Shown in pieces: positions 8,671 through 17,415 of a DNA stretch of 64,000 nt. The notes beneath the pieces were generated by a model, which was not told the origin of the DNA, did no database searches, and saw nothing but the letters and a program-made list of their open reading frames with translations. Position 1 is the stretch's first letter, and every line of letters starts with the position of its first letter. Origin of the DNA: a virus (lineage: Duplodnaviria; Caudoviricetes); the IMG/VR virus record IMGVR_UViG_3300033121_002140, positions 1-64,000 of that record. One strand, given 5' to 3'. Both the position numbers and the translations under genes were made by a program.

Positions 8671-9099
8671 ATGTTGGCCAAGATCTCAGGCACCCAGGGC
8701 ACGGGCGACGCGATCACGAGATGGACGACGCAGATCAGGGAGAGGTTCGCGGCGCGCAGTGCGCTGCTGCGGTCGCAGCCCGCGCCCGGCACCGTGGTGC
8801 GGCTGGACGGGACCCGGCGGGCCCTGGTGTTGACGACAGCGCCTGACAGGCTGACCGTGCTGGCGGGCACGCGGCCCGAGCACGTGACGGACATGGCCCG
8901 GTTCTTCTCAAAAACGCTGCCGATCTTGGGAACTGATGGCGACCTCATCAGGTTTCCGCGGTCGGACCAGTTCTCGGACGACTCCTTCGTCGCCGACGCC
9001 ACCTTCACGGTCGCCCGGCACGCCTCGCTCATGGCCAGGAAGAAGAAGGAGTTCACGTTCACGATCCTGAAGGACCGCACGACCTGGGCAGGACAGTGA
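8671..9099 (+). CDS. SH3/KOW-like paralog-family protein
   Basis: PAPGTVV...ALVLT...LTVL. Confidence 0.6.
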   Translation: MLAKISGTQGTGDAITRWTTQIRERFAARSALLRSQPAPGTVVRLDGTRRALVLTTAPDRLTVLAGTRPEHVTDMARFFSKTLPILGTDGDLIRFPRSDQFSDDSFVADATFTVARHASLMARKKKEFTFTILKDRTTWAGQ

Positions 9100-9593
9100 G
9101 GCGCCGCCGCCGGGACGAGCTCGCAGCGTGCCCTGCCGTGCCTCGTCCCGGCGAGGCATGGCTCATCGAGCCCCTCACCGTCGAATGCATGTACGGTGAC
9201 GACCCCGAGAGCGTCACCGACATGTGGGTGTGTGATGGGTGCCCGATGGCGCCTCCGCTCCGGCCGCCGTTCAACGGGCACACAGCACCGCTCTATGGCG
9301 GCTGGGGGCTCACGATCGCCGCCATAAACGACCCGCACGATCACCGTGCGGGTCTCCACGTCCCAGCAGGCACCCGGTGGCGTCTCGGTCTCTGGCCCGC
9401 GCTGCCCTGGTACTTTCGCGACGGCTCGGGCGCCACGTGGCACGAGGTCGAGGGCCGCGTCCTGGTCCTCGTCACTGCCGTCGCCACGCCGCGGGGGACG
9501 GACCAGGTCGCGGCCCAGGTCGTCCTGGGCGACAAGATCAGGGGCTGGGCGCAGTGGGCCTCGGTGTTCACGACGTGGCGTCGACCCGTGTAA
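9096..9593 (+). CDS. SH3/KOW-like paralog-family protein (possibly two units)
   Basis: PRPGEAW; VPAGTRW...VLVLVTAV...VVLGDKIRGW. Confidence 0.65.
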   Translation: MRRRRRDELAACPAVPRPGEAWLIEPLTVECMYGDDPESVTDMWVCDGCPMAPPLRPPFNGHTAPLYGGWGLTIAAINDPHDHRAGLHVPAGTRWRLGLWPALPWYFRDGSGATWHEVEGRVLVLVTAVATPRGTDQVAAQVVLGDKIRGWAQWASVFTTWRRPV

Positions 9594-9624
9594 GGCATGC
9601 CCATGCATGGGGTACGCTGCCCGC

Positions 9625-10299
9625 ATGGGACGAGCGACGAAGGCGGACGGACCGGGCGGCGTGCACGCGAGCGTGGGCAGGGATGCGATGGAGGCCGCAG
9701 TGCGCAGGGTGTGCGGCCTGGCCCGCGCCCGGGGCACCAAGGCGGGGTCGGACGCCCGCCTGATCGAGCAGGCAATGAAGCGCTGGCTCGCGATCTTCAG
9801 GCCTCGGGCCCCGCTCGGTCCCGGCCAGGACCATCCGAGCGTGCCGGCGACGTCTCCGGCCAAGATCCTGGCAGAGGCTCTGCGGGCGCTGGGGGTTGCT
9901 GCCGCCGCGCGCGAGTCCTCCGACGACGGCTTCGAGTCCGAGATCACGGTGGTCCACCACGACGCCTTCTGGACCTCTGTCGACCGCCCATGCGGTGCCG
10001 GGACCATGATGCACCTGCACAGGATTCCTGCCCTGCTCGAGGTCCTCCGGCCCATGTGCGCGGGGTTCACGCCTGACATGCTGTCAGCGTCAGGCGTCGG
10101 ATTCGAGGCCGTCTGGGAGCAGGTCCTGGCGCACGCAGGCAATCCCGAGCGCACGGCTGCAGGGGCCCGGTGCGAGCGCTGCGGCACGACCGAGGGAGTT
10201 ACTCTAGGTCCCTGCCCGTACGCGCAGGACGTCCACGGCGACGACGCTGACCGCGCGCTGTGCGGACAGTGCAGGGACGACGCGGCCGCCGACATATGA
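9625..10299 (+). CDS. hypothetical protein with C-terminal Zn-finger-like Cys cluster
   Basis: CERC...CPY...CGQC; TACGCT -10 box 6 nt upstream of ATG 9625. Confidence 0.7.
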   Translation: MGRATKADGPGGVHASVGRDAMEAAVRRVCGLARARGTKAGSDARLIEQAMKRWLAIFRPRAPLGPGQDHPSVPATSPAKILAEALRALGVAAAARESSDDGFESEITVVHHDAFWTSVDRPCGAGTMMHLHRIPALLEVLRPMCAGFTPDMLSASGVGFEAVWEQVLAHAGNPERTAAGARCERCGTTEGVTLGPCPYAQDVHGDDADRALCGQCRDDAAADI

Positions 10300-10568
10300 A
10301 CGGCCGCTCGACCCGACCGGGCGACGTCGTGATGCCCAGCTGGCGTGCGCTGTGCTTCGAGGACGCATCACTGCGCCGCCGCGCCGACGACCTGCTGCCG
10401 AAGGACGGGCGCAGGGTGCACGCGTTGGTGCTGGCGCAGAGGGACCTCAAGGACCCTGCGGGCGAGCGCGTGCCCCATGCCTACCTGCTGCTCGCTGGGC
10501 GTGCGGCGTGGGTGTGCTGCTACGAGCTGGCGCTCGTCAGGCGGCCTATACGCACGAGGACGCCATGA
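10296..10568 (+). CDS. small SH3/KOW-like paralog-family protein
   Basis: TRPGDVV...ALVLAQ...AYLLLAGRAAW. Confidence 0.75.
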   Translation: MNGRSTRPGDVVMPSWRALCFEDASLRRRADDLLPKDGRRVHALVLAQRDLKDPAGERVPHAYLLLAGRAAWVCCYELALVRRPIRTRTP

Positions 10569-11050
10569 TGATCACGGCGCATGACCTGCCCACAGCACCC
10601 TGGCGCGTCGTCTTCCTGGACGTGGACGGGGTGCTCAACCGCGAGGTCATGGGTGCGCCTGAGCTCGAGCCTGGGCTGTTGGCACTGTTGTCTGACCTGC
10701 TGGCCAGGACGGGCGCGGTGGTCGTGCTGACGTCGTCCTGGCGTCATGACCACACCCCCGCGGAGATGCAAGCAATGCTGACAGCGGCCGGCTGTCCAGC
10801 TGTTATCGTGGGTGCGACGCCCACGGCCCTGGAGGACGTCAACGTGCCCTGGGGCTCCACGCGCGAGCGCGGGGACGAGATCGTGACATGGCTCGGGGAG
10901 CATCCGGGCCTGGTCGCCTCGTACGTCGTCCTGGACGACATGGATGACATGCGGGGCGTGACCCGCAGGCTCGTCCGCACCGACTCGCAGGTGGGTCTGA
11001 CCTCCGAGCACGTCGAGCGCGCGGTCAGGATGCTGCTGGAGGACGCCTGA
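10565..11050 (+). CDS. HAD-family phosphatase (Swiss-Army-Knife RNA-repair-like HAD)
   Basis: FLDVDGVLN, VLTSSWR, RGDEIVTWL, YVVLDD, VGLT motifs. Confidence 0.9.
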   Translation: MMITAHDLPTAPWRVVFLDVDGVLNREVMGAPELEPGLLALLSDLLARTGAVVVLTSSWRHDHTPAEMQAMLTAAGCPAVIVGATPTALEDVNVPWGSTRERGDEIVTWLGEHPGLVASYVVLDDMDDMRGVTRRLVRTDSQVGLTSEHVERAVRMLLEDA

Positions 11051-11283
11051 TGCTGTCAAACGAGATCCGAGACATGATGATGCAGCGGACGCTGCGGGAG
11101 CTCGAAGAGCAGTTCATGGCCATGCTGCTCCAGGATCACCGAAGGCGTGTCGCGGCCCTGAGGGCCACCCTGCCCACGCCCGGCTGTGTCAGGAGCTTCG
11201 GCGGACGGCGCGGCCTCGTGACCGCCGTGACGGTCGACGTGGTCTGGATGGTGGACGCCTCGGGCCAATTCAGGGTCGCCTGA
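11050..11283 (+). CDS. small SH3/KOW-like paralog-family protein
   Basis: PTPGCV...GLVTAV...WMV. Confidence 0.55.
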   Translation: MLSNEIRDMMMQRTLRELEEQFMAMLLQDHRRRVAALRATLPTPGCVRSFGGRRGLVTAVTVDVVWMVDASGQFRVA

Positions 11284-11329
11284 TCGCCTCGCCTCGTTTT
11301 GCCGTCGCCGTGCCATTGACGTGGCCGCA

Positions 11330-11338
11330 TGCTATGAT
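11330..11338 (+). promoter_or_regulatory. extended -10 promoter TGCTATGAT (leaderless type)
   Basis: TGn + TATGAT, 7 nt before ATG 11346. Confidence 0.6.
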
Positions 11339-11345
11339 TCCATGC

Positions 11346-11756
11346 ATGGTGGCAGGCAGGGATCTTGGGCTGACTCCGGCCGAAAAGGCGGCCTTGATCG
11401 CAGGTTGCTTCGCACCCAGCGGCTCGACCGGGGCATCGAGCTTCACGTCTCCGCTCGTGAGAAAGCTGTCGCCGTTGCCTAGCCTGCGCGACATCGTCTC
11501 GATCCAGCCCATGCCGACCCCTAGCTCCCAGCTGTTCTACCTGGACTGGCAGTTGCAAGAGACATACAGGTGGGCCCGGCCCGGCATGGGCCCCAGACCA
11601 GGCGCGATCGTGATCGGCACATGCGAGGGCGAGAAGCCCAGGCGCACCGTGTACCTCGTCACGGCAGTCAAGAACGCACGCGTGGAGCTGACGGCCGGGC
11701 ATGGGTCACGCGGCGTCTCGGTCGCTGACATCGAACCTGCTGACGCGAATACGTAG
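11346..11756 (+). CDS. small protein fusing a gp23 (T4 major capsid) Gol-like segment to an SH3-like domain
   Basis: LVRKLSPLPSLRDIVSIQPMPTPSSQLFYLDW followed by PRPGAIV...YLVTAV. Confidence 0.75.
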   Translation: MVAGRDLGLTPAEKAALIAGCFAPSGSTGASSFTSPLVRKLSPLPSLRDIVSIQPMPTPSSQLFYLDWQLQETYRWARPGMGPRPGAIVIGTCEGEKPRRTVYLVTAVKNARVELTAGHGSRGVSVADIEPADANT

Positions 11757-11763
11757 GGCGCGG

Positions 11764-12573
11764 ATGGGTGGTGACAGGGAAGCGCTCCGGGAGGCCGTGC
11801 GAGCCATCGTCATCGTGGAACTCGCAGGCGGCTGCGCGTACGAGACGCAGGTGATCCGTGCGATCCGCAAGGCAGGCGCTGCGGGCAGGATCAGGCGCGG
11901 GGCCTGCGCCGACTCCACCCTGCCCGACGCCGACATCCGGGTGAACGGCCGGATCTTTCCGGTCGAGGTGAAGGCGGACTCGCACGCCCAGATGGGTGGG
12001 GGCTCCGTCAGGTACTCGGTCGCGAGACGTCGGTTCTCGTGCGGCAGCTCATGCAGCGACATGAGCGCGGCCGCGGTGGAGATGCTGGAGGCGTCAGAGG
12101 ACTCCGCCGCCCTCAAGGACGCGTTGGACGGGCTCGTCGCGTTTCTGGCACCGCGGACCAGGGGCCGCGAGCTCACGGAGTTCCCGCTGAACGGGATCAG
12201 GCCCCGCGACTGGCAGGCCGCGGTGCGCAGGGGGCTGGTCGCGGCCGTCAACCGCTACATGGACGCGGACCCGACCGCGGTCGAGGCCCACTACGCTGCG
12301 AAGGGCACGCACTACATCCAGATCGGCGGCGCAGGCCTGTTCAGGCTGGGAGGGGCCGACCCGGCAGGGCTCGGAGTGCCAAGGCTCGCGGGCCGGGCCC
12401 GGCTCGAGTTCAGGGCGGTCTCAGCGGGCGGGCTAGGCAAGGCCACGACCAGCGTCAGCCTCAGGGTGCAGGCACGGTTGGCAGGCGTCGGTCGGTCGTC
12501 CAGCACGCTGGACGACCCGGAGTCCGTGAAGGCCCTGCTGGACCGTGCGCAGGGAGAGGAAAGGACCTTCTGA
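11764..12573 (+). CDS. PD-(D/E)XK nuclease-like protein
   Basis: PDADI...VEVK motif; late motif ATACGTA upstream; [12 protein letters not shown] leader. Confidence 0.65.
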   Translation: MGGDREALREAVRAIVIVELAGGCAYETQVIRAIRKAGAAGRIRRGACADSTLPDADIRVNGRIFPVEVKADSHAQMGGGSVRYSVARRRFSCGSSCSDMSAAAVEMLEASEDSAALKDALDGLVAFLAPRTRGRELTEFPLNGIRPRDWQAAVRRGLVAAVNRYMDADPTAVEAHYAAKGTHYIQIGGAGLFRLGGADPAGLGVPRLAGRARLEFRAVSAGGLGKATTSVSLRVQARLAGVGRSSSTLDDPESVKALLDRAQGEERTF

Positions 12574-13028
12574 TGAACGAGACGATCGTGAGGGTGACGC
12601 GCCTTCCGCACGCTGAGGGGCTACCGCTGCCCGCGTACCAGACCGAAGGAGCGGCAGCGATGGATCTCTCGGCAGCCCTCGCCGAGGACGCGCCCGTCGT
12701 GCTGTCCCCAGGCGCGCGGGCGCTGGTGCCCACTGGGCTCGTGCTCGCCATCCCGCGTGAGCACGAGGTGCAGGTGAGGTCCAGGTCGGGCCTGGCCCTG
12801 AGGCATGGGGTGACGGTGCTCAACTCACCCGGCACCATCGACAGCGACTACAGGGGGGAGCTGGGCGTGCTCCTCGTCAACCTGGGCACCGAGCCCTTCA
12901 CGGTCAGACGCGGTGACAGGATCGCACAGGCGCTCCTGGCGCCTGTCGCCCGGTGCGCGTGGCGCGAGGAGACGGCGCTCGATCAGACAGCACGGGGCTC
13001 GGGCGGCTACGGAAGCACGGGGCGCTGA
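12573..13028 (+). CDS. dut: dUTP diphosphatase (trimeric)
   Basis: motifs [36 protein letters not shown]. Confidence 0.97.
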   Translation: MNETIVRVTRLPHAEGLPLPAYQTEGAAAMDLSAALAEDAPVVLSPGARALVPTGLVLAIPREHEVQVRSRSGLALRHGVTVLNSPGTIDSDYRGELGVLLVNLGTEPFTVRRGDRIAQALLAPVARCAWREETALDQTARGSGGYGSTGR

Positions 13029-13132
13029 TGCGATCGCTCGTCATCGGTGCGGTGACCTTCCTGTTGGCCTGCCTGCCCGTGCTCAGGGCGCTTTACCGCC
13101 TCCGCTTGGGACGGCGGGACGTGGGGACGTGA
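13028..13132 (+). CDS. small membrane peptide (34 aa)
   Basis: [34 protein letters not shown]; TGATG overlap with dut. Confidence 0.5.
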   Translation: MRSLVIGAVTFLLACLPVLRALYRLRLGRRDVGT

Positions 13133-13153
13133 CAGGAGGAGGAAGTTTCGACC

Positions 13154-13444
13154 ATGAAGACGGTGAGAAAGAGCGGCAGGAGGGACGCCCGGCGTCCACA
13201 GCCAGGTCAGTTGCTCCACGCGCGCGAGCGCAGGCTGTTCACGAGCACGCCGCAGCGTGCCCTGGACGGTGCACGGTCAGGCAGGTTCATCGAGGCCGGA
13301 CAGGCGTGCATGATCGTGGGCGTCATCAGGACGACGCTGTCGGACGAGTCCATGGAGCTGCACGGCTTCGTGACGCCGGGGACGAGCGCGGTGGGCTGGG
13401 TCGCGCTGCCCACCGAGGCGGCCCGAGGTTTCTGGTCCGCCTGA
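13154..13444 (+). CDS. small SH3/KOW-like paralog-family protein
   Basis: PQPGQLL...CMIVGV...FVTPGTSAVGW; AGGAGG RBS. Confidence 0.7.
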   Translation: MKTVRKSGRRDARRPQPGQLLHARERRLFTSTPQRALDGARSGRFIEAGQACMIVGVIRTTLSDESMELHGFVTPGTSAVGWVALPTEAARGFWSA

Positions 13445-13498
13445 CCTGGCGCATTCGTCACTGTCGCCTGCGCTAATTAGCCCAGGAGGCGCACGTCG

Positions 13499-13762
13499 GT
13501 GGCGGAGCAGCAGCACGTTCCGGGAGACCTCGTGGTCTTCGACATGCCCTGGGCACACCGGGCAGAGGCGCTGTCGCCTGGTTCACCCGAGGGCTGGATC
13601 GAGATCCAGCCGGGCGAGCCGGGCCTGGTCGTCACCGTGGTGCCCGGATCGTCGAAGCCGCTCATCGTCATGTTCGGCCTGCAGGGCGCGCTCGTGCGCC
13701 TGTCGGCGAGCGCCGTGCGCCGCGCGAAGACAGGCAGGGTCAGGCCAGCGGCAGGGCCCTGA
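13499..13762 (+). CDS. small SH3/KOW-like paralog-family protein
   Basis: VPGDLVV...GLVVTV...IVMF; CTAATTA motif and AGGAGG RBS upstream. Confidence 0.75.
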   Translation: MAEQQHVPGDLVVFDMPWAHRAEALSPGSPEGWIEIQPGEPGLVVTVVPGSSKPLIVMFGLQGALVRLSASAVRRAKTGRVRPAAGP

Positions 13763-14018
13763 GGGCCTTGCACCCTCCGTCACCCTCACACTCCAGCACG
13801 GCATCACGCAGGCGGGCCATCTGCGCGTCCCGTCCCTCGAGCCCGCACGCGGCACGCATCCGGACCCAGGCCGCGTCGGAACCGTCGCCCGGCGTCAGCA
13901 GCGCGATCGCCGCGTCGACGACGGCAGCGTCCGTCCACGCATCGTTCTCTCCCACTCTGTGGGGGTACCGATCCTGCAGGAACTCACGCAGCCTCCTCGC
14001 TTCCCTCGACATGCTCAT
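13740..14018 (-). CDS. hypothetical protein
   Basis: AAGGAG RBS; ATGA overlap. Confidence 0.65.
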   Translation of the reverse strand: MSMSREARRLREFLQDRYPHRVGENDAWTDAAVVDAAIALLTPGDGSDAAWVRMRAACGLEGRDAQMARLRDAVLECEGDGGCKALRALPLA

Positions 14019-14269
14019 GCGCCCTCCTTGATGGATGTGCCAGCCTGCTGCAGGACCTCGTTCGCGAAAGCACGAAAGACGGCCATCACGAGCCTTCGTC
14101 GGTACTCGACGCTCACGCCCGGTATGCCGATATCGATGGCATCAAGACCGTCGTCGCCGAACTTGAGCACGAGCTCCCGCTGTGGATAGCTTGGACTGCT
14201 GCCCTTCCACGGACGGTCGATCACGTATCTGCCGATGACTTCATCGAGCACTTCTGCAGGAATGCTCAC
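14015..14269 (-). CDS. hypothetical protein
   Basis: GTGA overlap with groL stop; GAGGAGG RBS. Confidence 0.65.
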   Translation of the reverse strand: MSIPAEVLDEVIGRYVIDRPWKGSSPSYPQRELVLKFGDDGLDAIDIGIPGVSVEYRRRLVMAVFRAFANEVLQQAGTSIKEGA

Positions 14270-15903
14270 GCGCCCTCCTCGACCGGCACGACCACCGCGT
14301 CCAGCGTCGTGAAGATGCATGCCACGCTCGCTGCGTGCTTCAGCGCCGTCCTGCACACTTTCACAGGATCGATGACGCCCGAGGCGATCAGGTCCTCGTA
14401 CGCGCCCGTGCCGGCGTTGAAACCCTGGCCCGTGGGCAGGGCCGCCGTGCGCTCCAGCACGACCTCAGGCACCTCGCCTGCGTTCTGCGCGATCCGCCGC
14501 AGGGGCGCCGAGCAGGCCTTCAGGACCAGCTCCGCGCCTGCCCTCTCGTCCTTGGTGATCTCGGCCAGGGCCAGCTCGGCGCCTGCGTTCCGTGCCGCCG
14601 CGAACAGCGCGGTGCCCCCGCCGGGCACGATGCCTTCCTCCACCGCCGCCCGGGTCGCGTGCAGCGCGTCCTCGATCCTGTGCCGACGCTCCACCATCTC
14701 CAGCTCGGTCGCGCCGCCCACCTTGACGACGGCGACGCCCGACGCGAGCCGCGCGATGCGCTCCTTGAGCCGTGCGCCTGCATGGTCGCCCAGGGTCGGG
14801 TCGGCCAGCTGCGCCCGGAGCTCGCCCACGCGGGCGGCGACCGCGTCCTTGGTCGTGCCCAGCCCCACGATCGTGGTCGTGCGTGCGTCGACCACGAAGC
14901 GTTTGCATCGGCCCAGGTCCACCGCCTTCATCGAAGCAGGGCCGCCCGCGCCTCCGGCGCCTGCGACCCGTGTGCCCGTCAGGACCGCGATGTCCTGCAT
15001 GAAGGCCTCCCGGACGGGACCGTAGCCGGGCGCCTTGACGGCCACCACGCGCAGGTCTGAATTGATCCTGTTGACGATCAGGGCCTGCAGCGCCGCGCCT
15101 TCCACCTCGTCTGCCACGATGAGCAGGGGCTTTCGCTCCTTGTGCACCTGCTCCAGGAGGCCGACGATCGTGTGCATGTCGTCCAGCTTGCCCTGGGCCA
15201 GCAGCACGTACCCGTCGTCGTGCACCGCGTGCATGCGCTCCCTGTGGGTCACGAAGTAGGGCGACAGGTAGCCCGAGTCGAACCGCATGCCCTCGACCAC
15301 CTCGAGCGAGGTGGTCATGCCCTTCGCGTCCTCGACAGTGACGATGCCGTCACGGCCCACGCGCTCCATCGCCTCTGCGATGAGGGCGCCGATCCGGGCG
15401 TCGCCGTTGGCAGAGACGGTCCCGATCTGGGCGACCTCGTCCTTGCCCTCGATCTCGCGCGCGGAGGCGCGCAGGTGCGCGTCGACCGCAGCCGAGCCCA
15501 GCTCGATCCCACGCCGCAGACCGGTCGACGACAGCCCAGCCGCCATCAGGCGACCGCTCTCGGCCGTCATGGCATGCGTGAGCACGGTGGCGGTCGTGGT
15601 GCCGTCGCCTGCGACGTCGTTGGTCCGGCTCGCCGCCTCCTTGATCAGGTCGGCGCCCATGCGCTCGATCGGATCCGACAGCCGGATCGACCTGCTCACC
15701 GTGACGCCGTCTTTGGTCGCCAGGGCCGGCCCGTCGTCCTGCGCGATCAAGACCGTCATGCCCCGTGGGCCCAGGGTGCAACCCACCGCGTCCGCGGCCA
15801 CCTTCATGCCCACCAGCAGCCTGCGACGGGCCTCCTCAGAAAACACGACGCGGGTGGTGGCAGGCGTCGTCCCTGTGCCTGGTTCCTCGAACCGTTGCTT
15901 CAT
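14266..15903 (-). CDS. groL: chaperonin GroEL (Cpn60)
   Basis: TLGPRG, TKDGVTV, AGDGTTTATVL, EGMRF, GGATELE, EEGIVPGGG, IDPVKV; no GGM tail. Confidence 0.97.
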   Translation of the reverse strand: MKQRFEEPGTGTTPATTRVVFSEEARRRLLVGMKVAADAVGCTLGPRGMTVLIAQDDGPALATKDGVTVSRSIRLSDPIERMGADLIKEAASRTNDVAGDGTTTATVLTHAMTAESGRLMAAGLSSTGLRRGIELGSAAVDAHLRASAREIEGKDEVAQIGTVSANGDARIGALIAEAMERVGRDGIVTVEDAKGMTTSLEVVEGMRFDSGYLSPYFVTHRERMHAVHDDGYVLLAQGKLDDMHTIVGLLEQVHKERKPLLIVADEVEGAALQALIVNRINSDLRVVAVKAPGYGPVREAFMQDIAVLTGTRVAGAGGAGGPASMKAVDLGRCKRFVVDARTTTIVGLGTTKDAVAARVGELRAQLADPTLGDHAGARLKERIARLASGVAVVKVGGATELEMVERRHRIEDALHATRAAVEEGIVPGGGTALFAAARNAGAELALAEITKDERAGAELVLKACSAPLRRIAQNAGEVPEVVLERTAALPTGQGFNAGTGAYEDLIASGVIDPVKVCRTALKHAASVACIFTTLDAVVVPVEEGA

Positions 15904-15937
15904 GACCCGCACTGTACTGCATGAACCAAACGCAGTT

Positions 15938-16132
15938 TCAGGCCTTCTCACGCTCCTCGATGACAGAGCGCTTCACCCTGATCACGGCCTTCTGGAGCAT
16001 GAAGAGGTCGGCCTGCCTGAGGCCTTTCAGCACCTCACGCTCTTCGTCCTCGAAGGCGAAACCACCGCCCACGTCCTCCTCGATCGCGTCGATGATGATG
16101 TCCTTGGGCGTCATGCGCGAGTTGTCAGCCAC
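15938..16132 (-). CDS. hypothetical protein
   Basis: natural-looking 64 aa ORF in operon context. Confidence 0.6.
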   Translation of the reverse strand: MADNSRMTPKDIIIDAIEEDVGGGFAFEDEEREVLKGLRQADLFMLQKAVIRVKRSVIEEREKA

Positions 16133-16376
16133 CGGTCCACTCCCGGTAGACGGGCGCGCCCGCGCGCCAACCGACCACGATCATGCCCGACTCATACCTG
16201 CGCACCAGCTCGACCGCGGCCCGACGAGCCTGAGGATCCCGGAGCCCGGTCACGTAGCGCCCGAGCCTGCACAGGGTCAGGTCCCCGAGGGACCCGTCCG
16301 CCGACCTCCGCTGGAACTCCGTCGTGTGCCGTCTGCCGATGGTCTGGTTACCTGCTCGTGCCCCGCTTGCGTCCAT
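16125..16376 (-). CDS. hypothetical protein
   Basis: 83 aa; preceded by GTGAAAAGTGGTAGTGT promoter and GAGG RBS. Confidence 0.65.
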   Translation of the reverse strand: MDASGARAGNQTIGRRHTTEFQRRSADGSLGDLTLCRLGRYVTGLRDPQARRAAVELVRRYESGMIVVGWRAGAPVYREWTGG

Positions 16377-16477
16377 GTTCGACCTCGTGGTTGAACACTA
16401 CCACTTTTCACGGGCAGGAACAGGAAAAAGGAGGAGCCGGAGGACTCGCCTCACACGGTGCCGAGTTTTTGCCGCGC

Positions 16478-16723
16478 TTACCGGCTTGGACGGACCTGCC
16501 AGCGCCGCAGGAGCCGGCACCGACAGAAGACGTTAAGGCTCATGGAGCGCAGCTGCATGCCCCTGCCTGTCGAGACATATGTCACGCCCTCCGAGCCGCT
16601 CTGCAGCACCAGTCCGACCCGGCCCGAGGGCGTGACAAATACGTCGCCCGGACCCGGCGGCCTCCAGGCTGCGTTCACCACACGCGGTCTCATGACGGCA
16701 GAAGGGCGCATGCCTGCAAGCAC
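16478..16723 (-). CDS. small SH3/KOW-like paralog-family protein
   Basis: PGPGDVF...GLVLQ; start uncertain. Confidence 0.6.
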   Translation of the reverse strand: MLAGMRPSAVMRPRVVNAAWRPPGPGDVFVTPSGRVGLVLQSGSEGVTYVSTGRGMQLRSMSLNVFCRCRLLRRWQVRPSR

Positions 16724-17385
16724 GAGCGCAGATGGGCGCTCTCGGGCGCGTTAGGCCAGCCCTTGATCGCCGCACAGTCGGCTGCGTACAGCATGCAGCG
16801 CCCCGCGCATTCCGACGCACGCGAGTCGTCGCACGCGATGCCGGCCTGGACGCACAGGCCGTTGCCCTCGCACAGCTGCGGATCGCACCCCTGCGCGCAC
16901 TCACCACCTGGCCATGGGTCGTCACAGGGCGACGGGTCGCACTGCTCCTGCGCGCAGTCCGAGGAACATCCGTCGCCGTCGACTGCGTTGCCGTCGTCGC
17001 ACTGTTCGAAGTCGACGCCGGACTCGATCCAGACCACGCCGTCGCCGCACGTCGCCGGCTCGCACGCGGAGGAGCATGCGTTGCCGTCGTCTTCATCGCC
17101 ATCGTCGCACTGCTCCTCCGCGGCCTGGACGCCGTCGCCACAGCCGGATGGGACCGACGACGTGGTCGTCGTTGCGTCGCTCGTGGTCGCGGCGCCCCCG
17201 GTGGGCGATCCTCCGGCCCGGCCTGACGTTCCCGCGCCGCCCACGGCTGACGTGCTGGAGGAGCCTCCGGTCCCGGTCACGCTCGTCGCCACAAACTCAG
17301 GCTCGCACGCGGCGAGGCCCAGGCCCAGGCACAGGGCCGCCCCCGCGGCCGCCGCAAGCCTCCGTGCCTGACAGTCGTTTCTCAT
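16690..17385 (-). CDS. lipoprotein with Myxococcus cysteine-rich repeats (DUF4215-like)
   Basis: lipobox LAA-C; two CGDG...EQCDDG...GxxCSSxC repeats. Confidence 0.9.
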   Translation of the reverse strand: MRNDCQARRLAAAAGAALCLGLGLAACEPEFVATSVTGTGGSSSTSAVGGAGTSGRAGGSPTGGAATTSDATTTTSSVPSGCGDGVQAAEEQCDDGDEDDGNACSSACEPATCGDGVVWIESGVDFEQCDDGNAVDGDGCSSDCAQEQCDPSPCDDPWPGGECAQGCDPQLCEGNGLCVQAGIACDDSRASECAGRCMLYAADCAAIKGWPNAPESAHLRSCLQACALLPS

Positions 17386-17415
17386 GATGCTGTGCCTCCT
17401 GGGCGCTGGTGCCCA

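Noticed and set aside
8658-10295. 545-aa - strand ORF
   Set aside because: Antisense to a coupled + strand operon; no motifs.
11316-11338. TTGACG...TATGAT as a canonical -35/-10 pair
   Set aside because: The spacer is only 11 nt; better explained as an extended -10 promoter alone.
15287-17371. 694-aa + strand ORF
   Set aside because: Shadow of groL and the downstream - strand genes.
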